From NCBI GenBank assembly GCA_963676395.1, contig OY781066.1, forward strand, positions 1,056,001-1,120,000: a stretch of 64,000 bases of DNA. Reading direction: 5' to 3'. The notes below the pieces were generated by a model. That model made no database searches. It was not told the DNA's origin and saw only the letters and a list, made by a program, of their open reading frames with translations. Source of the DNA: a bacterium. Its GTDB lineage: Bacteria > Fidelibacterota > Fidelibacteria > Fidelibacterales > Fidelibacteraceae. Numbering within the stretch: position 1 is the first letter of the stretch; every line of letters starts with the position of its first letter. Position numbers and translations under genes: made by a program. Below, one piece after another: positions 20,317 through 30,538 of this stretch.

Positions 20317-20431
20317 TTCATATTCAAAATCCTTGGAAAGACATAAAGGGATCGGGAACCTCCAACCCTTTTGTACACCTCCCACTTAAAACAATACTCG
20401 TTAATAAATTGCGGCTTACCGAACATTTTTC

Positions 20432-20476
20432 TTGACATCCTCCGAACCTTATCATATTATTACTATAAGCTTAGTA
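20432..20476 (+). promoter_or_regulatory. Sigma70 promoter with BlaI-type operator
   Basis: TTGACA(20432)-N17-TATTAT(20455) followed directly by palindrome TACTA-N6-TAGTA (20461-20476). Confidence 0.7.
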
Positions 20477-20502
20477 GATAAACGAACACCTACGGAGTAA
20501 TC

Positions 20503-20895
20503 ATGATAAATAAGAATAAACTGACCCCGGCAGAATGGGAGATTATGGATGCGATCTGGAATCTTGGTGGTACGCCATCTGTGCGAGAGGTGCTTGAGCA
20601 CACCTATCCAAACGGAGAAAAGGCATATACCACCATCCAGACTTTGATGAACCTCTTGGAAAAGAAGGAACTGTTAACGCGTAAAAAGATTGGCTTGGTA
20701 AATTTTTATACAGCCACTCGACAACGTGAAGACATGCTCCAATCAGAAACCCAACATTTGATATCACGAGTTTTTAGAGGCTCGGCTCCGGCTCTTGCAA
20801 ATTTCCTCATCGCGGAGGAGGATCTTTCCTTGGATGATATCAAAAACATCAAAGCGCTTCTAAAAGAGAAAGAAGCACAGTTAAAGGAGAAGTAA
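20503..20895 (+). CDS. BlaI/MecI/CopY family repressor
   Basis: LT.AEWEIM..IW, AYTTIQTL, F.GS motifs. Confidence 0.93.
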   Translation: MINKNKLTPAEWEIMDAIWNLGGTPSVREVLEHTYPNGEKAYTTIQTLMNLLEKKELLTRKKIGLVNFYTATRQREDMLQSETQHLISRVFRGSAPALANFLIAEEDLSLDDIKNIKALLKEKEAQLKEK

Positions 20896-20896
20896 A

Positions 20897-22852
20897 ATGA
20901 TCAACTTACTTAACTCCTTCGCCGAAGTTTGGATGGAATATTTCGGCTATGCCATCCTTCAGAACACGCTCTTTCTCGCCGTGATCTTTTTGGCTTTGTA
21001 CTATTTGCGTGAAAAAAGCGCACGTGTACAATATGCCGTGGCGGCATTGGGACTTATCAAACTTTTGATACCTCCCTTCATGCCATTTACGATCCGTGAA
21101 GCCGCGACGGCGGCTTCTTCGGTCGGCTCAGTTGCAGTTGGTGATATTGCCATAACACCAGCAAACATCACAGTCAGTGCTCCCTCGCTTTCGCTTGGCA
21201 GTATTTTACTCTTACTTTGGGCATTTACTGCAATACTAATGCTGAGTGCTACCTTGGTTTCCACCTTAAAGCTTCGATGGTACTTGCGCAAGGCTCAATT
21301 CATCTCGCGCAATGAGATCGATGGAAAAACAGTTGATATTTTCCGCTCTGAAAATATTTCTGTACCTATGAGCGTTGGACTATTTCCCAACAAAGTCTAT
21401 GTCCCCGAACTTTGGGACACGCTCAGCGCTGAGCTAAAGCATTCGCTGCTGCGACATGAAGTGGCTCACATTAAGCGCAAAGATGGTATTTTAGGCGCAT
21501 TGCAAACCCTTGCTCAAGCCTTATATTTCTTTCATCCGCTTGTCTGGATGCTCACCGGCAAAGCTAATGAATTCCGCGAAATGGCCTGCGATGACATGGC
21601 AGTTGACAATTCGGATGTCACACCCATTGTTTACTCCCGTTGCCTCGTCCATGTGGCAGAGCATATGCTCCCCTCTTGGAGTTGTTCCTCCGCGTCCACG
21701 CTCATTAAACAGAAAAACAAACTTTACACTCGCGTGAACTATCAAGTGAAGGATAAGAAAATGAAAAAATTAAATAAGAATAAATCTCGATTGATTTGGA
21801 CCTTACTACTGGTACTTATTGTGCCTCTTTCATGGTATTGCAAACAGCCGGACGCTGTAGCTGGCCTAAAAAACAAAGACACCGGCAAGATCTATGGCAA
21901 AGTCATTGATGAAACTACAGGTGAAGCTCTTGTTGGAGCAAATATTATAGTACTCAACACATCTCAGGGTGCCGCTTCAAATGAAAAAGGTGAGTTTTTT
22001 GTATCAGAACTTAAACCGGGAAAACATGATATTAGATGCTCAATTATAGGTTATTCTGAAATCGTGATCAGTGGCATAAAAGTGGAAAACAGAAAATCAA
22101 CAGCACTTAATTTCAAGATGAAACCGGCTGCGATCACGGCCGAAAAAGTTGTGGTATTAGCAAAACCTAATTCGATTTCTATGCTTACATCACCTGAAAA
22201 AACAGCAGAACCGGAAGATATTGAGGAAAATTTTATTCCTTACGATACCCCTCCTTTGCCCATAGGTGGACAAGCTGCAATTGCTAAAAACATACGCTAC
22301 CCCAAAAAAGAAATGGATGCCGGTATTGAAGGAAATGTTCTAGTTCAAGCTTATATCGATATAGATGGTCATGTCAAAAAGACGAAAGTGCTCAAAGGGG
22401 TTTCAAATACAGGACTGGATAAAGCTGCAGAAGACGCTATAAAAAAAGTTAAATTCACCCCTGCAAAGCAACGCGATAAAGATGTTGAAGTTTGGGTTAC
22501 CATTCCGGTCCAATTCAAATTAGATAAACCCGAAAAAAAAGTTAAATTTATTCCTTATGATCAGCCTCCTGTACCGATTGACGGCACAAACGGCATTTCT
22601 AAATATATTGTCTATCCTAAAAAAGCGAAAGAAGCTGGAATAGAAGGAACGGTTGTTGTACAAGCAGAAATCGGTGTTGACGGTTTAGTTAAAGAAACTA
22701 TCATTCTTAAAGGTATTCCAAACAGTGGTTTAAACGAAGCCGCTAAAAAAGCTATTGAGCAAGTTAAATTCTATCCGGCCAAACAACGCGATAAAGATGT
22801 CGCCGTTTGGTTCACGATCCCGGTTGAATTTAAATTAGATAACAAAAAATGA
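20897..22852 (+). CDS. BlaR1-like M56 metallopeptidase fused to a carboxypeptidase-regulatory-like domain and two TonB C-terminal domains
   Basis: HEVAH, FFHPLVW, REMACD; G.V.D..TGE.L.GANI; two FIPYD.PP...YP...GIEG.V repeats. Confidence 0.88.
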   Translation: MINLLNSFAEVWMEYFGYAILQNTLFLAVIFLALYYLREKSARVQYAVAALGLIKLLIPPFMPFTIREAATAASSVGSVAVGDIAITPANITVSAPSLSLGSILLLLWAFTAILMLSATLVSTLKLRWYLRKAQFISRNEIDGKTVDIFRSENISVPMSVGLFPNKVYVPELWDTLSAELKHSLLRHEVAHIKRKDGILGALQTLAQALYFFHPLVWMLTGKANEFREMACDDMAVDNSDVTPIVYSRCLVHVAEHMLPSWSCSSASTLIKQKNKLYTRVNYQVKDKKMKKLNKNKSRLIWTLLLVLIVPLSWYCKQPDAVAGLKNKDTGKIYGKVIDETTGEALVGANIIVLNTSQGAASNEKGEFFVSELKPGKHDIRCSIIGYSEIVISGIKVENRKSTALNFKMKPAAITAEKVVVLAKPNSISMLTSPEKTAEPEDIEENFIPYDTPPLPIGGQAAIAKNIRYPKKEMDAGIEGNVLVQAYIDIDGHVKKTKVLKGVSNTGLDKAAEDAIKKVKFTPAKQRDKDVEVWVTIPVQFKLDKPEKKVKFIPYDQPPVPIDGTNGISKYIVYPKKAKEAGIEGTVVVQAEIGVDGLVKETIILKGIPNSGLNEAAKKAIEQVKFYPAKQRDKDVAVWFTIPVEFKLDNKK

Positions 22853-22883
22853 TAAATTTCGAATAATAATAATTTCCAAACAC

Positions 22884-22914
22884 GTAGAGACGCGAAATAT
22901 CGCGTCTCTTTTTT
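22884..22914 (+). terminator. GTAG-type REP-like hairpin acting as terminator
   Basis: GTAGAGACGCGAaataTCGCGTCTCT followed by T-run. Confidence 0.7.
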
Positions 22915-23055
22915 ATCAAGAATAAATTCATTCAAATGGCATTTTACATCGCAAAGTAAATCCCTTTCCCAAATAATTCATAATTTATAATTTCTTTGCC
23001 CTTAGCACCCTTTTCCCTATATTTCTGAAGATAAACAAATAGTCGGAGTGATCTC

Positions 23056-23445
23056 ATGCAAAAAGGATTTAAAATTTTTCTTATCATTGTGCTTATTGTT
23101 GTATTGCTTGGTGTTTTTGCTTATGTGGGTGGAACAAAAAATATGGACGAAGTCAAAGCCTATGTATTACCTCAAATTGATTTGACCACGATAGAGAATG
23201 GAACTTACGAAGGATCATGCGAGATTGGCCGTTGGGCTATGGATGTGAAAGTAACGGTTAAAGATCATCAATTCATAAACATTATTATGTCTGAAGACAG
23301 GCTCTCGAACATCACCCCCGAACTTGCAGACACTTGGAACGATGAAATTTTATTTATAGATGATCCTTCATTTGATGCTATCAGCGGTGCGACCATTACA
23401 TCAAAAGCATATATGATAGCTATCACAAATGCGCTAGAAGAATAA
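23056..23445 (+). CDS. Membrane-anchored FMN-binding domain protein
   Basis: GTYEG, DAISGATITS flavinylation motif. Confidence 0.85.
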   Translation: MQKGFKIFLIIVLIVVLLGVFAYVGGTKNMDEVKAYVLPQIDLTTIENGTYEGSCEIGRWAMDVKVTVKDHQFINIIMSEDRLSNITPELADTWNDEILFIDDPSFDAISGATITSKAYMIAITNALEE

Positions 23446-23460
23446 TATCACCTGATTTCT

Positions 23461-25704
23461 ATGCGCAAACATCTTCTTTTATTCATTATACTTTGTTTTC
23501 TATTGATATCCTGTAAAGATGTCTCTTATAAGGTTAATATTATTCCTTTTCCCAAAAAAATTGAACTCAACAAAAGACACTTTACTTTAAACAACAAAAC
23601 AAAGATCAATATTTCTAATGATTCGGATAGTTTGAGATTAATTGCAAATCTTTGCGCTGAACAACTCAACTCTCTTACAAATATTTCCCCGGACATTATT
23701 TCGGGAGATATCGACAACAATGTTATTTCATTTAATCTTATCGATAATAAAAACATGGGTAAAGAAGACTATCAAATCAATATTGATCGTCATTGTATTA
23801 AACTTAAAGCAGTAAGTACAAAGGGGTTATTCTATGCCTTTCAAAGTTTAAGACAATTATTACCAAATAATAAAATAGAACAGAGATCAAAGTGGAAAAT
23901 TCCCGGAGTATATATTGAAGATTCTCCTCGTTTCCCCTGGAGAGGTATGACTCTTGATGTCGCTCGGCATTTTATGCCGAAAGATATCGTAAAACGTTAT
24001 ATTGATATCATGTCATTTTATAAAATGAACATTCTTCATATTCATTTATGCGATGATCAAGGTTGGCGTATAGAGATCAAACAATACCCTATACTTACAG
24101 AGAAATCAGCTTGGAGAATAGATCATAATGGCAGCATCTATGGTGGCTTCTACACACAAAATGACATTAAAGAACTGATTGAATATGCGGCTCAAAGAAA
24201 TGTCGAGATCATCCCTGAGATTGAAATGCCCGGCCACGCAACAGCATTGCTTTCCGCCTTCCCGGAAATCTCATGTAAAGGTCAGGAAATTGCCGTCTCT
24301 AACTCATGGGGTATCCACGATAACACGATCTGTCCCGGAAAGGATACCAGTTATACGATCTTACAAAACATTCTTTCAGAGATCATTGAATTATTCCCCT
24401 CAAAATATATTCACTTAGGTGGTAATGAAACAAAATATAATTACTGGAATCAATGCTTAGCTTGCAAAAATTTATGCACCAAGAAACGTTTAAATTCAAG
24501 CAATCGACTCCAACATTACTTCTTCTCGAAAATGGTTGATTTTCTCGATAAACATAACAAAACCATGATAGGATGGGAAGAGATTATTCGTGGTGGCCTG
24601 CCAAAAAACTCCGTCGTCCAAGTCTGGAAAAATGACCGGATTATTAATTCAGCTACCTTTATGCAACACCCGGTTATCGTTTCTCTTAATCAAAATTCCT
24701 TTTTTCATCAAAACGTATATCAAACACCACTTCACACCGTATATGAGAATCCCATCATCCCCGAAGGACTCAAAAAAGATAGGGAAAAATATATACTGGG
24801 CGGTGAATGTTGTCTATGGACGGAGTACATCACTCCAAAAACAATAGATACTTTTGCTTTCCCAAGATTAATCGCATATTCTGAAATATTATGGTCACAA
24901 AAATCAGATAAAGATTTTGTTTCATTTTATCGTCGATTAGTAGACCATCGAGATTATAAAAATTTTTATAACATACAATTTGGAGATGAAGCTAAACCAA
25001 TCAGTCTGAAAGCAGATTTTGATGCGGAGCGAAAGAAATGCTTTATCAGCATGAGCGCGGCACATAAAGATATATCTATTCACTATTGTTATTCAGATAA
25101 AACACCCTACTACTATAGCAATATATATGATAAGCCTTTGGTCTTCTCCAACTCCGGCAAACTAACGGCTTTAGCTTTTGTGGGAAACCTGCCCTACGGT
25201 GAAGCATTACATTGGCAACATATAAATCACTCAGGACTCGGTATCGAACCCTTATTACAATATGAGTACGCACCAAAATATAATGCCGGTGGTGTCTTGG
25301 GTTTAACGGATGGCATTAAAGGCAGTCTAAATTATCTTGACGGAAACTGGCAAGGTTTTAAAAGTAAAAACCTTATTGCAATTATCGATCTTAAAAAAAC
25401 TCAAACCATAAATTCAATATCAATTTCATTTCTACACAATCCAAATGTTTGGATATTTGCTCCAAGAGAAGTCTCTTTTTACACATCTGATACAGGAATT
25501 GATTTTCAACAACATGCATGTTTATCTGCAAATACACCGGAGCAATTAAATCGCATTGTAATAGAAGAGTTTTCTAAATCATTTACTAATCTCAAAGCAC
25601 GTTATATAAAGGTCACGGCGAAAAACTTAAAAAAATGTCCCGATTGGCATCCTTCGGGTGGAAATCATGCCTGGTTATTTGCAGATGAAATAGTTATTAG
25701 ATAA
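23461..25704 (+). CDS. GH20 beta-N-acetylhexosaminidase lipoprotein with C-terminal discoidin-like domain
   Basis: PRFPWRG..LDVARHF, HLCDDQGWR, PEIEMPGH, HLGGNE; lipobox LISC. Confidence 0.92.
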   Translation: MRKHLLLFIILCFLLISCKDVSYKVNIIPFPKKIELNKRHFTLNNKTKINISNDSDSLRLIANLCAEQLNSLTNISPDIISGDIDNNVISFNLIDNKNMGKEDYQINIDRHCIKLKAVSTKGLFYAFQSLRQLLPNNKIEQRSKWKIPGVYIEDSPRFPWRGMTLDVARHFMPKDIVKRYIDIMSFYKMNILHIHLCDDQGWRIEIKQYPILTEKSAWRIDHNGSIYGGFYTQNDIKELIEYAAQRNVEIIPEIEMPGHATALLSAFPEISCKGQEIAVSNSWGIHDNTICPGKDTSYTILQNILSEIIELFPSKYIHLGGNETKYNYWNQCLACKNLCTKKRLNSSNRLQHYFFSKMVDFLDKHNKTMIGWEEIIRGGLPKNSVVQVWKNDRIINSATFMQHPVIVSLNQNSFFHQNVYQTPLHTVYENPIIPEGLKKDREKYILGGECCLWTEYITPKTIDTFAFPRLIAYSEILWSQKSDKDFVSFYRRLVDHRDYKNFYNIQFGDEAKPISLKADFDAERKKCFISMSAAHKDISIHYCYSDKTPYYYSNIYDKPLVFSNSGKLTALAFVGNLPYGEALHWQHINHSGLGIEPLLQYEYAPKYNAGGVLGLTDGIKGSLNYLDGNWQGFKSKNLIAIIDLKKTQTINSISISFLHNPNVWIFAPREVSFYTSDTGIDFQQHACLSANTPEQLNRIVIEEFSKSFTNLKARYIKVTAKNLKKCPDWHPSGGNHAWLFADEIVIR

Positions 25705-25748
25705 TCTGCAGGCAACAGGAATAACTACAATAACAACCATTAGGTATT

Positions 25749-27368
25749 ATGAAAATTTCAGGCAACATTGTTGATGTTTTAAATGAACGAATTTACTCCG
25801 GAGTCATTGAAGTATCTGAGGGTAAGATCAAATCTATCACCGAAGACAATAATAAATATGATCATTATATCATCCCCGGGTTTATCGACTCACATATCCA
25901 TATAGAAAGCTCTATGTTAGCTCCTTCGGAATTTTCCCGTGCAGCTTTACAACATGGCACTATTGCCGTTGTCGCAGATCCTCACGAGATTGCAAATGTT
26001 TTGGGAGTTAATGGCGTAAAATTTATGATCGAGGATGCGGAGAGATCAGCATTAAAATTCTATTTTTCAGCACCTTCTTGTGTCCCCGCCACTAAATTTG
26101 AAACAGCCGGAGCAACAATAGGTCCAAAAGAAATAGAAGCTCTTTTTCAAGAATACCCTCAAATCCGCCACCTTGGCGAAATGATGAATGTCCCGGGTGT
26201 ATTAAATTCTGATCCTGATATAAAAAACAAGCTGGACATAGCAAAAAAATACAATAAACAAATTGATGGTCATGCACCCGGCATGAAAAAAACCGAACTT
26301 AAAAAATATATGAATGCCGGGATTTCCACAGATCATGAATCCATCAGCAAAGAAGAAGCGCTGAAAAAACTCGACCTTGGTATGAACGTTCAAATCAGAG
26401 AGGGCTCCGCCGCTCAAAATTTTAATGAACTCATTCTTGCAGGAGCAATGTACCCGGATAAGACAATGCTCTGCACCGATGATCTGCATCCGGATGATCT
26501 TGTTAACGGGCATATCAATATCTTGATCAAACGAGGACTGGAGTTTGGGATCAATATCATCAAGCTTCTCCGCATGGCAAGTGTAAATCCGATAAAACAT
26601 TATAATCTTGATATCGGTTTATTGCAAAAAGACGATCCGGCAGATTTCCTTCTTGTAAATTCATTGAAAGACTTAAACGTTCAGCGTTCATACATTAACG
26701 GGAAATGTGTTTACCGAAAGTCTATTCCCATATCCTTCAAAAAAAAGGTGGAAACTCCCAATATTTTCAAATGTCATGAAAAAGAAATCTTTGATTTTCA
26801 TGTTGAAGACCCTTATAAAGAATTACCCGTCATCCAAGTTCATGACAAACAGCTCTATACGTCTCGATCTCAAAAACTGATTAAAAAAGATCGCCATAAT
26901 CTTATTTCAGATACTGAAAGAGATATACTTAAAATAGCTGTCATTAACCGCTATGAAAACAAAACACCGGCAGTAGCCTTTATACACGGCTTTGGCTTAA
27001 AGTCCGGGGCGATCGCTTCCTCTGTCGCCCATGATTCTCATAATATCGTATGCGTTGGTGTAAAAGAAGAAGATATGCGTGATGCCGTCAATTTGATTAT
27101 AAAAAGCAAAGGCGGTATTTCCATTGTTTCAGAAAATGAAGGTATCTCTGAATTGTTACCTCTTCCCATAGCAGGTTTAATGAGCAATAAAAATTATAAA
27201 TGGGTGGCTGAAACCTATGCAAACCTGGATAAACTTGCCAAAGACTTAGGCTCTCCCCTCTCAGCCCCATTTATGACACTTTCCTTTATGTCCCTTTTGG
27301 TAATCCCCGAAATCAAATTAAGCGACAAGGGCCTATTTGATGGAAATAATTTTTCTTTCATCAAATAA
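25749..27368 (+). CDS. ade: Adenine deaminase
   Basis: PGFIDSHIHIESS, DPHEIANV, DGHAP, TDHE, REGS, SSVAHDSHN. Confidence 0.95.
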   Translation: MKISGNIVDVLNERIYSGVIEVSEGKIKSITEDNNKYDHYIIPGFIDSHIHIESSMLAPSEFSRAALQHGTIAVVADPHEIANVLGVNGVKFMIEDAERSALKFYFSAPSCVPATKFETAGATIGPKEIEALFQEYPQIRHLGEMMNVPGVLNSDPDIKNKLDIAKKYNKQIDGHAPGMKKTELKKYMNAGISTDHESISKEEALKKLDLGMNVQIREGSAAQNFNELILAGAMYPDKTMLCTDDLHPDDLVNGHINILIKRGLEFGINIIKLLRMASVNPIKHYNLDIGLLQKDDPADFLLVNSLKDLNVQRSYINGKCVYRKSIPISFKKKVETPNIFKCHEKEIFDFHVEDPYKELPVIQVHDKQLYTSRSQKLIKKDRHNLISDTERDILKIAVINRYENKTPAVAFIHGFGLKSGAIASSVAHDSHNIVCVGVKEEDMRDAVNLIIKSKGGISIVSENEGISELLPLPIAGLMSNKNYKWVAETYANLDKLAKDLGSPLSAPFMTLSFMSLLVIPEIKLSDKGLFDGNNFSFIK

Positions 27369-27485
27369 ATCCAATACTACTTACTATCTCAAGCTATAAA
27401 TATTATTATTTTTAGATTATATCATTTTTATTCCGGTCTTTTATACATATACTTGACCCAAGTTTATAAAATTTAAAGGATTAGA

Positions 27486-30356
27486 ATGAAAATAATCAAA
27501 TCTGTCTCAAGCTTAATACTTATACTTACCATTTCCCTTTCTGCACAAACAAATATTAGTGAAGGCAATGTATCCGGCACATGGACAAAAGCAAATTCTC
27601 CTTACCACGTAAACGGTAATATTGATATTCCCATGAACTCAACTCTTACCATTGAACCCGGAACAGAAGTATATTTTACCGACCAATATGAATTTAATGT
27701 TCACGGTCAATTAATCGCTGAAGGTACCGAAGCAGACAGTATTCTCTTTCATGCCGATTCTTTGGGTAGTCAGGATGCTTGGCCTTATTATACTGGATTC
27801 TGGTATGGTATCACCTTTCATGCAACAGATTCTACAAAACAACAAACTTCCATTTTAAAATATTGTAAAGTATCACATTGTTATGAACGCTGGATTGATA
27901 CAGGCAATGCCAGTATTAATTTTAATCGTAGATTTGGTGGCGGTATACTCTACTATAAATCTAAAATTGATCTATCGCATTCACGAATTGAACATAGTTT
28001 AAATTCTCGAAACAGCATTATTGCTATTTATTCAAGTGGTTTGATCGACTCAGTAAGAATTTCTAATGCAGGTACTATTGAGCTTTTACACTCAGAAGTA
28101 GACATTACAAACTCACTCATTAAAGGGGCTAAGGGAATTGCCCTGGATTATGCCACATCAAATATTATTAATACAAAGATCTCAAACAACAACTATTATT
28201 TTATGTCAAGTGATTTTGGTCATATTCAAGCTGAAAACTCTTTTGTCAATCTTTTAAGCTGTGAAATTAACAACAATGCCGGTATCGGTATAAATGCACA
28301 TCAATCAACGATCAACTTACTAAGAACCGACATTTCAGGTAATGCCGGCAATGGAGGATCATTTGTTGAATCTCCCACAAGTTTTATCAATTGTAATATT
28401 CGAGAAAACGGGGGATACGGGCTATTTTTTAATTCAAACACCTTGTGGAGTGATACCACCTTTATTGCCGACATCCAAAATACCATTGTTGCTAAAAATG
28501 GAGAATCCGGTATGAACTTCATCTCAAATAACGGTGCCAATATTAAAAATTGTGTTATCGCAGATAATACAAGTTCTCAGAGTTGGGGTGGCATTAAAGT
28601 TAGCAATACAGACCTCACAAACTCCGTTAATACAATCGTTATTAACAACGGAAGCAATCTAGATTTTCAAGCCGGAGGCTTGTATCGTTATTCCATCGTT
28701 CAAGGCAACTATGTTGGATCCGAAACAGATACAACGAATCTCCAGAACTATGACCCACTATTTCGCGATGCCGCCAATGGTGACTACAGGCTTAAGACAA
28801 CCGAATCTACCTATTTTTACGATTCGCCCGGAATTGATGCAGGTGACCCTGAAATTTCTGACTGGTTACTTGACACCGAAACTGCTGGTTTGGCAACATC
28901 TCGCTCCGATATAGGCGCTTACGGTGGCGCCAACAACTGGTGGAATATTGAACTCTCACCTCCTTGTCACTTTAAAGGCGATGTTGCAGGTACATGGGAA
29001 TGTGAGCGTATTTATGTAGATGGTGATATTCTTGTCCCCGAAGGCGATACACTTGACATTAGATCCTCGGTTGATTGGGTTGTTTTTACCGGCCCTTACC
29101 AAATTAAAGTCGAAGGTGTTTTACTCGCCCATGGTACAAAAAATCATGAAATTAAATTTCAAGGAACTACCGTTCCAACCATGAATTGGCGAGGTATAGT
29201 TTTTAACTCAACTAATACACGCACATCGGGAGCTTCGGTATTAGAATACTGCCGCTTTGACTATGCGAATAAAATTGGGGATGGCTTCCCTAATGGCGGT
29301 GCCCTTTGCATTTATAACTCTGATGATGTTCTCGTAAAAGACTGTTATTTTTACAACAACAATGCTCGCTTGGGTGGCGCTATCTACATAGAAAATTCAA
29401 GTCCACGCATCGAAAGCTCAACATTCAGGGCTAATGGTCGCAAACATAGTGACGAAATAGAAATATTAACATCTGCCGGTGGTGCAATGTATATAAAAAA
29501 TTCAACACCTTATATGCATGATCTTAAATTTTCAAGAAATGGTGCAAACGATGGTGCTGCCATTTTCCTGGATCATTCATCTCCAAAGATCAGTAATACT
29601 CTTATTGTTGAAAACTTTGCCTCCGGCTTTGCCGGCGCCATATTTATCAGCAATTCATCTCCTCACATTGTAAATATGACCTCTGCAGAAAATACCGCCT
29701 TGGCAGGTGGTTCATTTAGCTTAATGAACGCCAATAGCCATCCTACGGTGATCAACAGCATTATGTTCGACAATTCAAAGCCTGAAATATATATCAACGA
29801 AGGAACACCTTCTGTCACCTACTCAATTATAGACAGCGCCGGCACAAAACCGTATTTCAGTACAGGTTGTTTAACAGATGATCCTATGCTTACAGATAAC
29901 AATTCTTATCTTTTAACATACACAAATCAAAATGTATCACCGGCAATTGATGCCGGTCATCCGGATTCTTTAGATACAAAAATCGATACGTATGCCGGTC
30001 GCGGTGAAACACGAGCAGACATGGGTTATTACGGTGGTCGCCTGATTAACAACAATATTTCATCCATTAACGACGAAATTGTCAGCATCGATGATTTTAA
30101 GCTTTCAAGTAACTATCCCAATCCATTTAACCCCATTACCAATATTCCATTTATATTGGCCGCCGATGCTCATATTGAATTAACTATATATGATCTTAGT
30201 GGAAAAAAAGTCCAAACACTTGTTAACTCTTACCACACACAGGGTAACTATCAGTTTACTTGGAATGCTCAATCTCTTCCGTCCGGAATATATATGGTGG
30301 TTTTGCGAGTTGATAACTTCTTGGCAGACAGCAAAAAAATGATTTTGCTCAAATAA
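27486..30356 (+). CDS. Secreted right-handed beta-helix protein with two tandem modules and a T9SS/FlgD-like CTD
   Basis: Signal peptide; GG/N-rich repeats; SP.IDAG.P...DxGxYGG twice; NYPNPFNP...KMILLK. Confidence 0.8.
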   Translation: MKIIKSVSSLILILTISLSAQTNISEGNVSGTWTKANSPYHVNGNIDIPMNSTLTIEPGTEVYFTDQYEFNVHGQLIAEGTEADSILFHADSLGSQDAWPYYTGFWYGITFHATDSTKQQTSILKYCKVSHCYERWIDTGNASINFNRRFGGGILYYKSKIDLSHSRIEHSLNSRNSIIAIYSSGLIDSVRISNAGTIELLHSEVDITNSLIKGAKGIALDYATSNIINTKISNNNYYFMSSDFGHIQAENSFVNLLSCEINNNAGIGINAHQSTINLLRTDISGNAGNGGSFVESPTSFINCNIRENGGYGLFFNSNTLWSDTTFIADIQNTIVAKNGESGMNFISNNGANIKNCVIADNTSSQSWGGIKVSNTDLTNSVNTIVINNGSNLDFQAGGLYRYSIVQGNYVGSETDTTNLQNYDPLFRDAANGDYRLKTTESTYFYDSPGIDAGDPEISDWLLDTETAGLATSRSDIGAYGGANNWWNIELSPPCHFKGDVAGTWECERIYVDGDILVPEGDTLDIRSSVDWVVFTGPYQIKVEGVLLAHGTKNHEIKFQGTTVPTMNWRGIVFNSTNTRTSGASVLEYCRFDYANKIGDGFPNGGALCIYNSDDVLVKDCYFYNNNARLGGAIYIENSSPRIESSTFRANGRKHSDEIEILTSAGGAMYIKNSTPYMHDLKFSRNGANDGAAIFLDHSSPKISNTLIVENFASGFAGAIFISNSSPHIVNMTSAENTALAGGSFSLMNANSHPTVINSIMFDNSKPEIYINEGTPSVTYSIIDSAGTKPYFSTGCLTDDPMLTDNNSYLLTYTNQNVSPAIDAGHPDSLDTKIDTYAGRGETRADMGYYGGRLINNNISSINDEIVSIDDFKLSSNYPNPFNPITNIPFILAADAHIELTIYDLSGKKVQTLVNSYHTQGNYQFTWNAQSLPSGIYMVVLRVDNFLADSKKMILLK

Positions 30357-30378
30357 TAACACCAGTTTTATAATTGCT

Positions 30379-30416
30379 TAAACCTCGCTAAGTCTTATGC
30401 TCGGCGAGGTTTTTTA
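30379..30416 (+). terminator. Intrinsic terminator
   Basis: AACCTCGC/GCGAGGTT stem followed by T-run. Confidence 0.7.
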
Positions 30417-30538
30417 TACCATTATCATAATGCTAACATTGTTTAAGTAACTGTGAGGATGAAGAAACTTAATGCTTTTTACTTTTACCATTAATCTTTA
30501 TCTTTTCTCTAGTTTGACAATGACGTGGAGTAAAAAAC

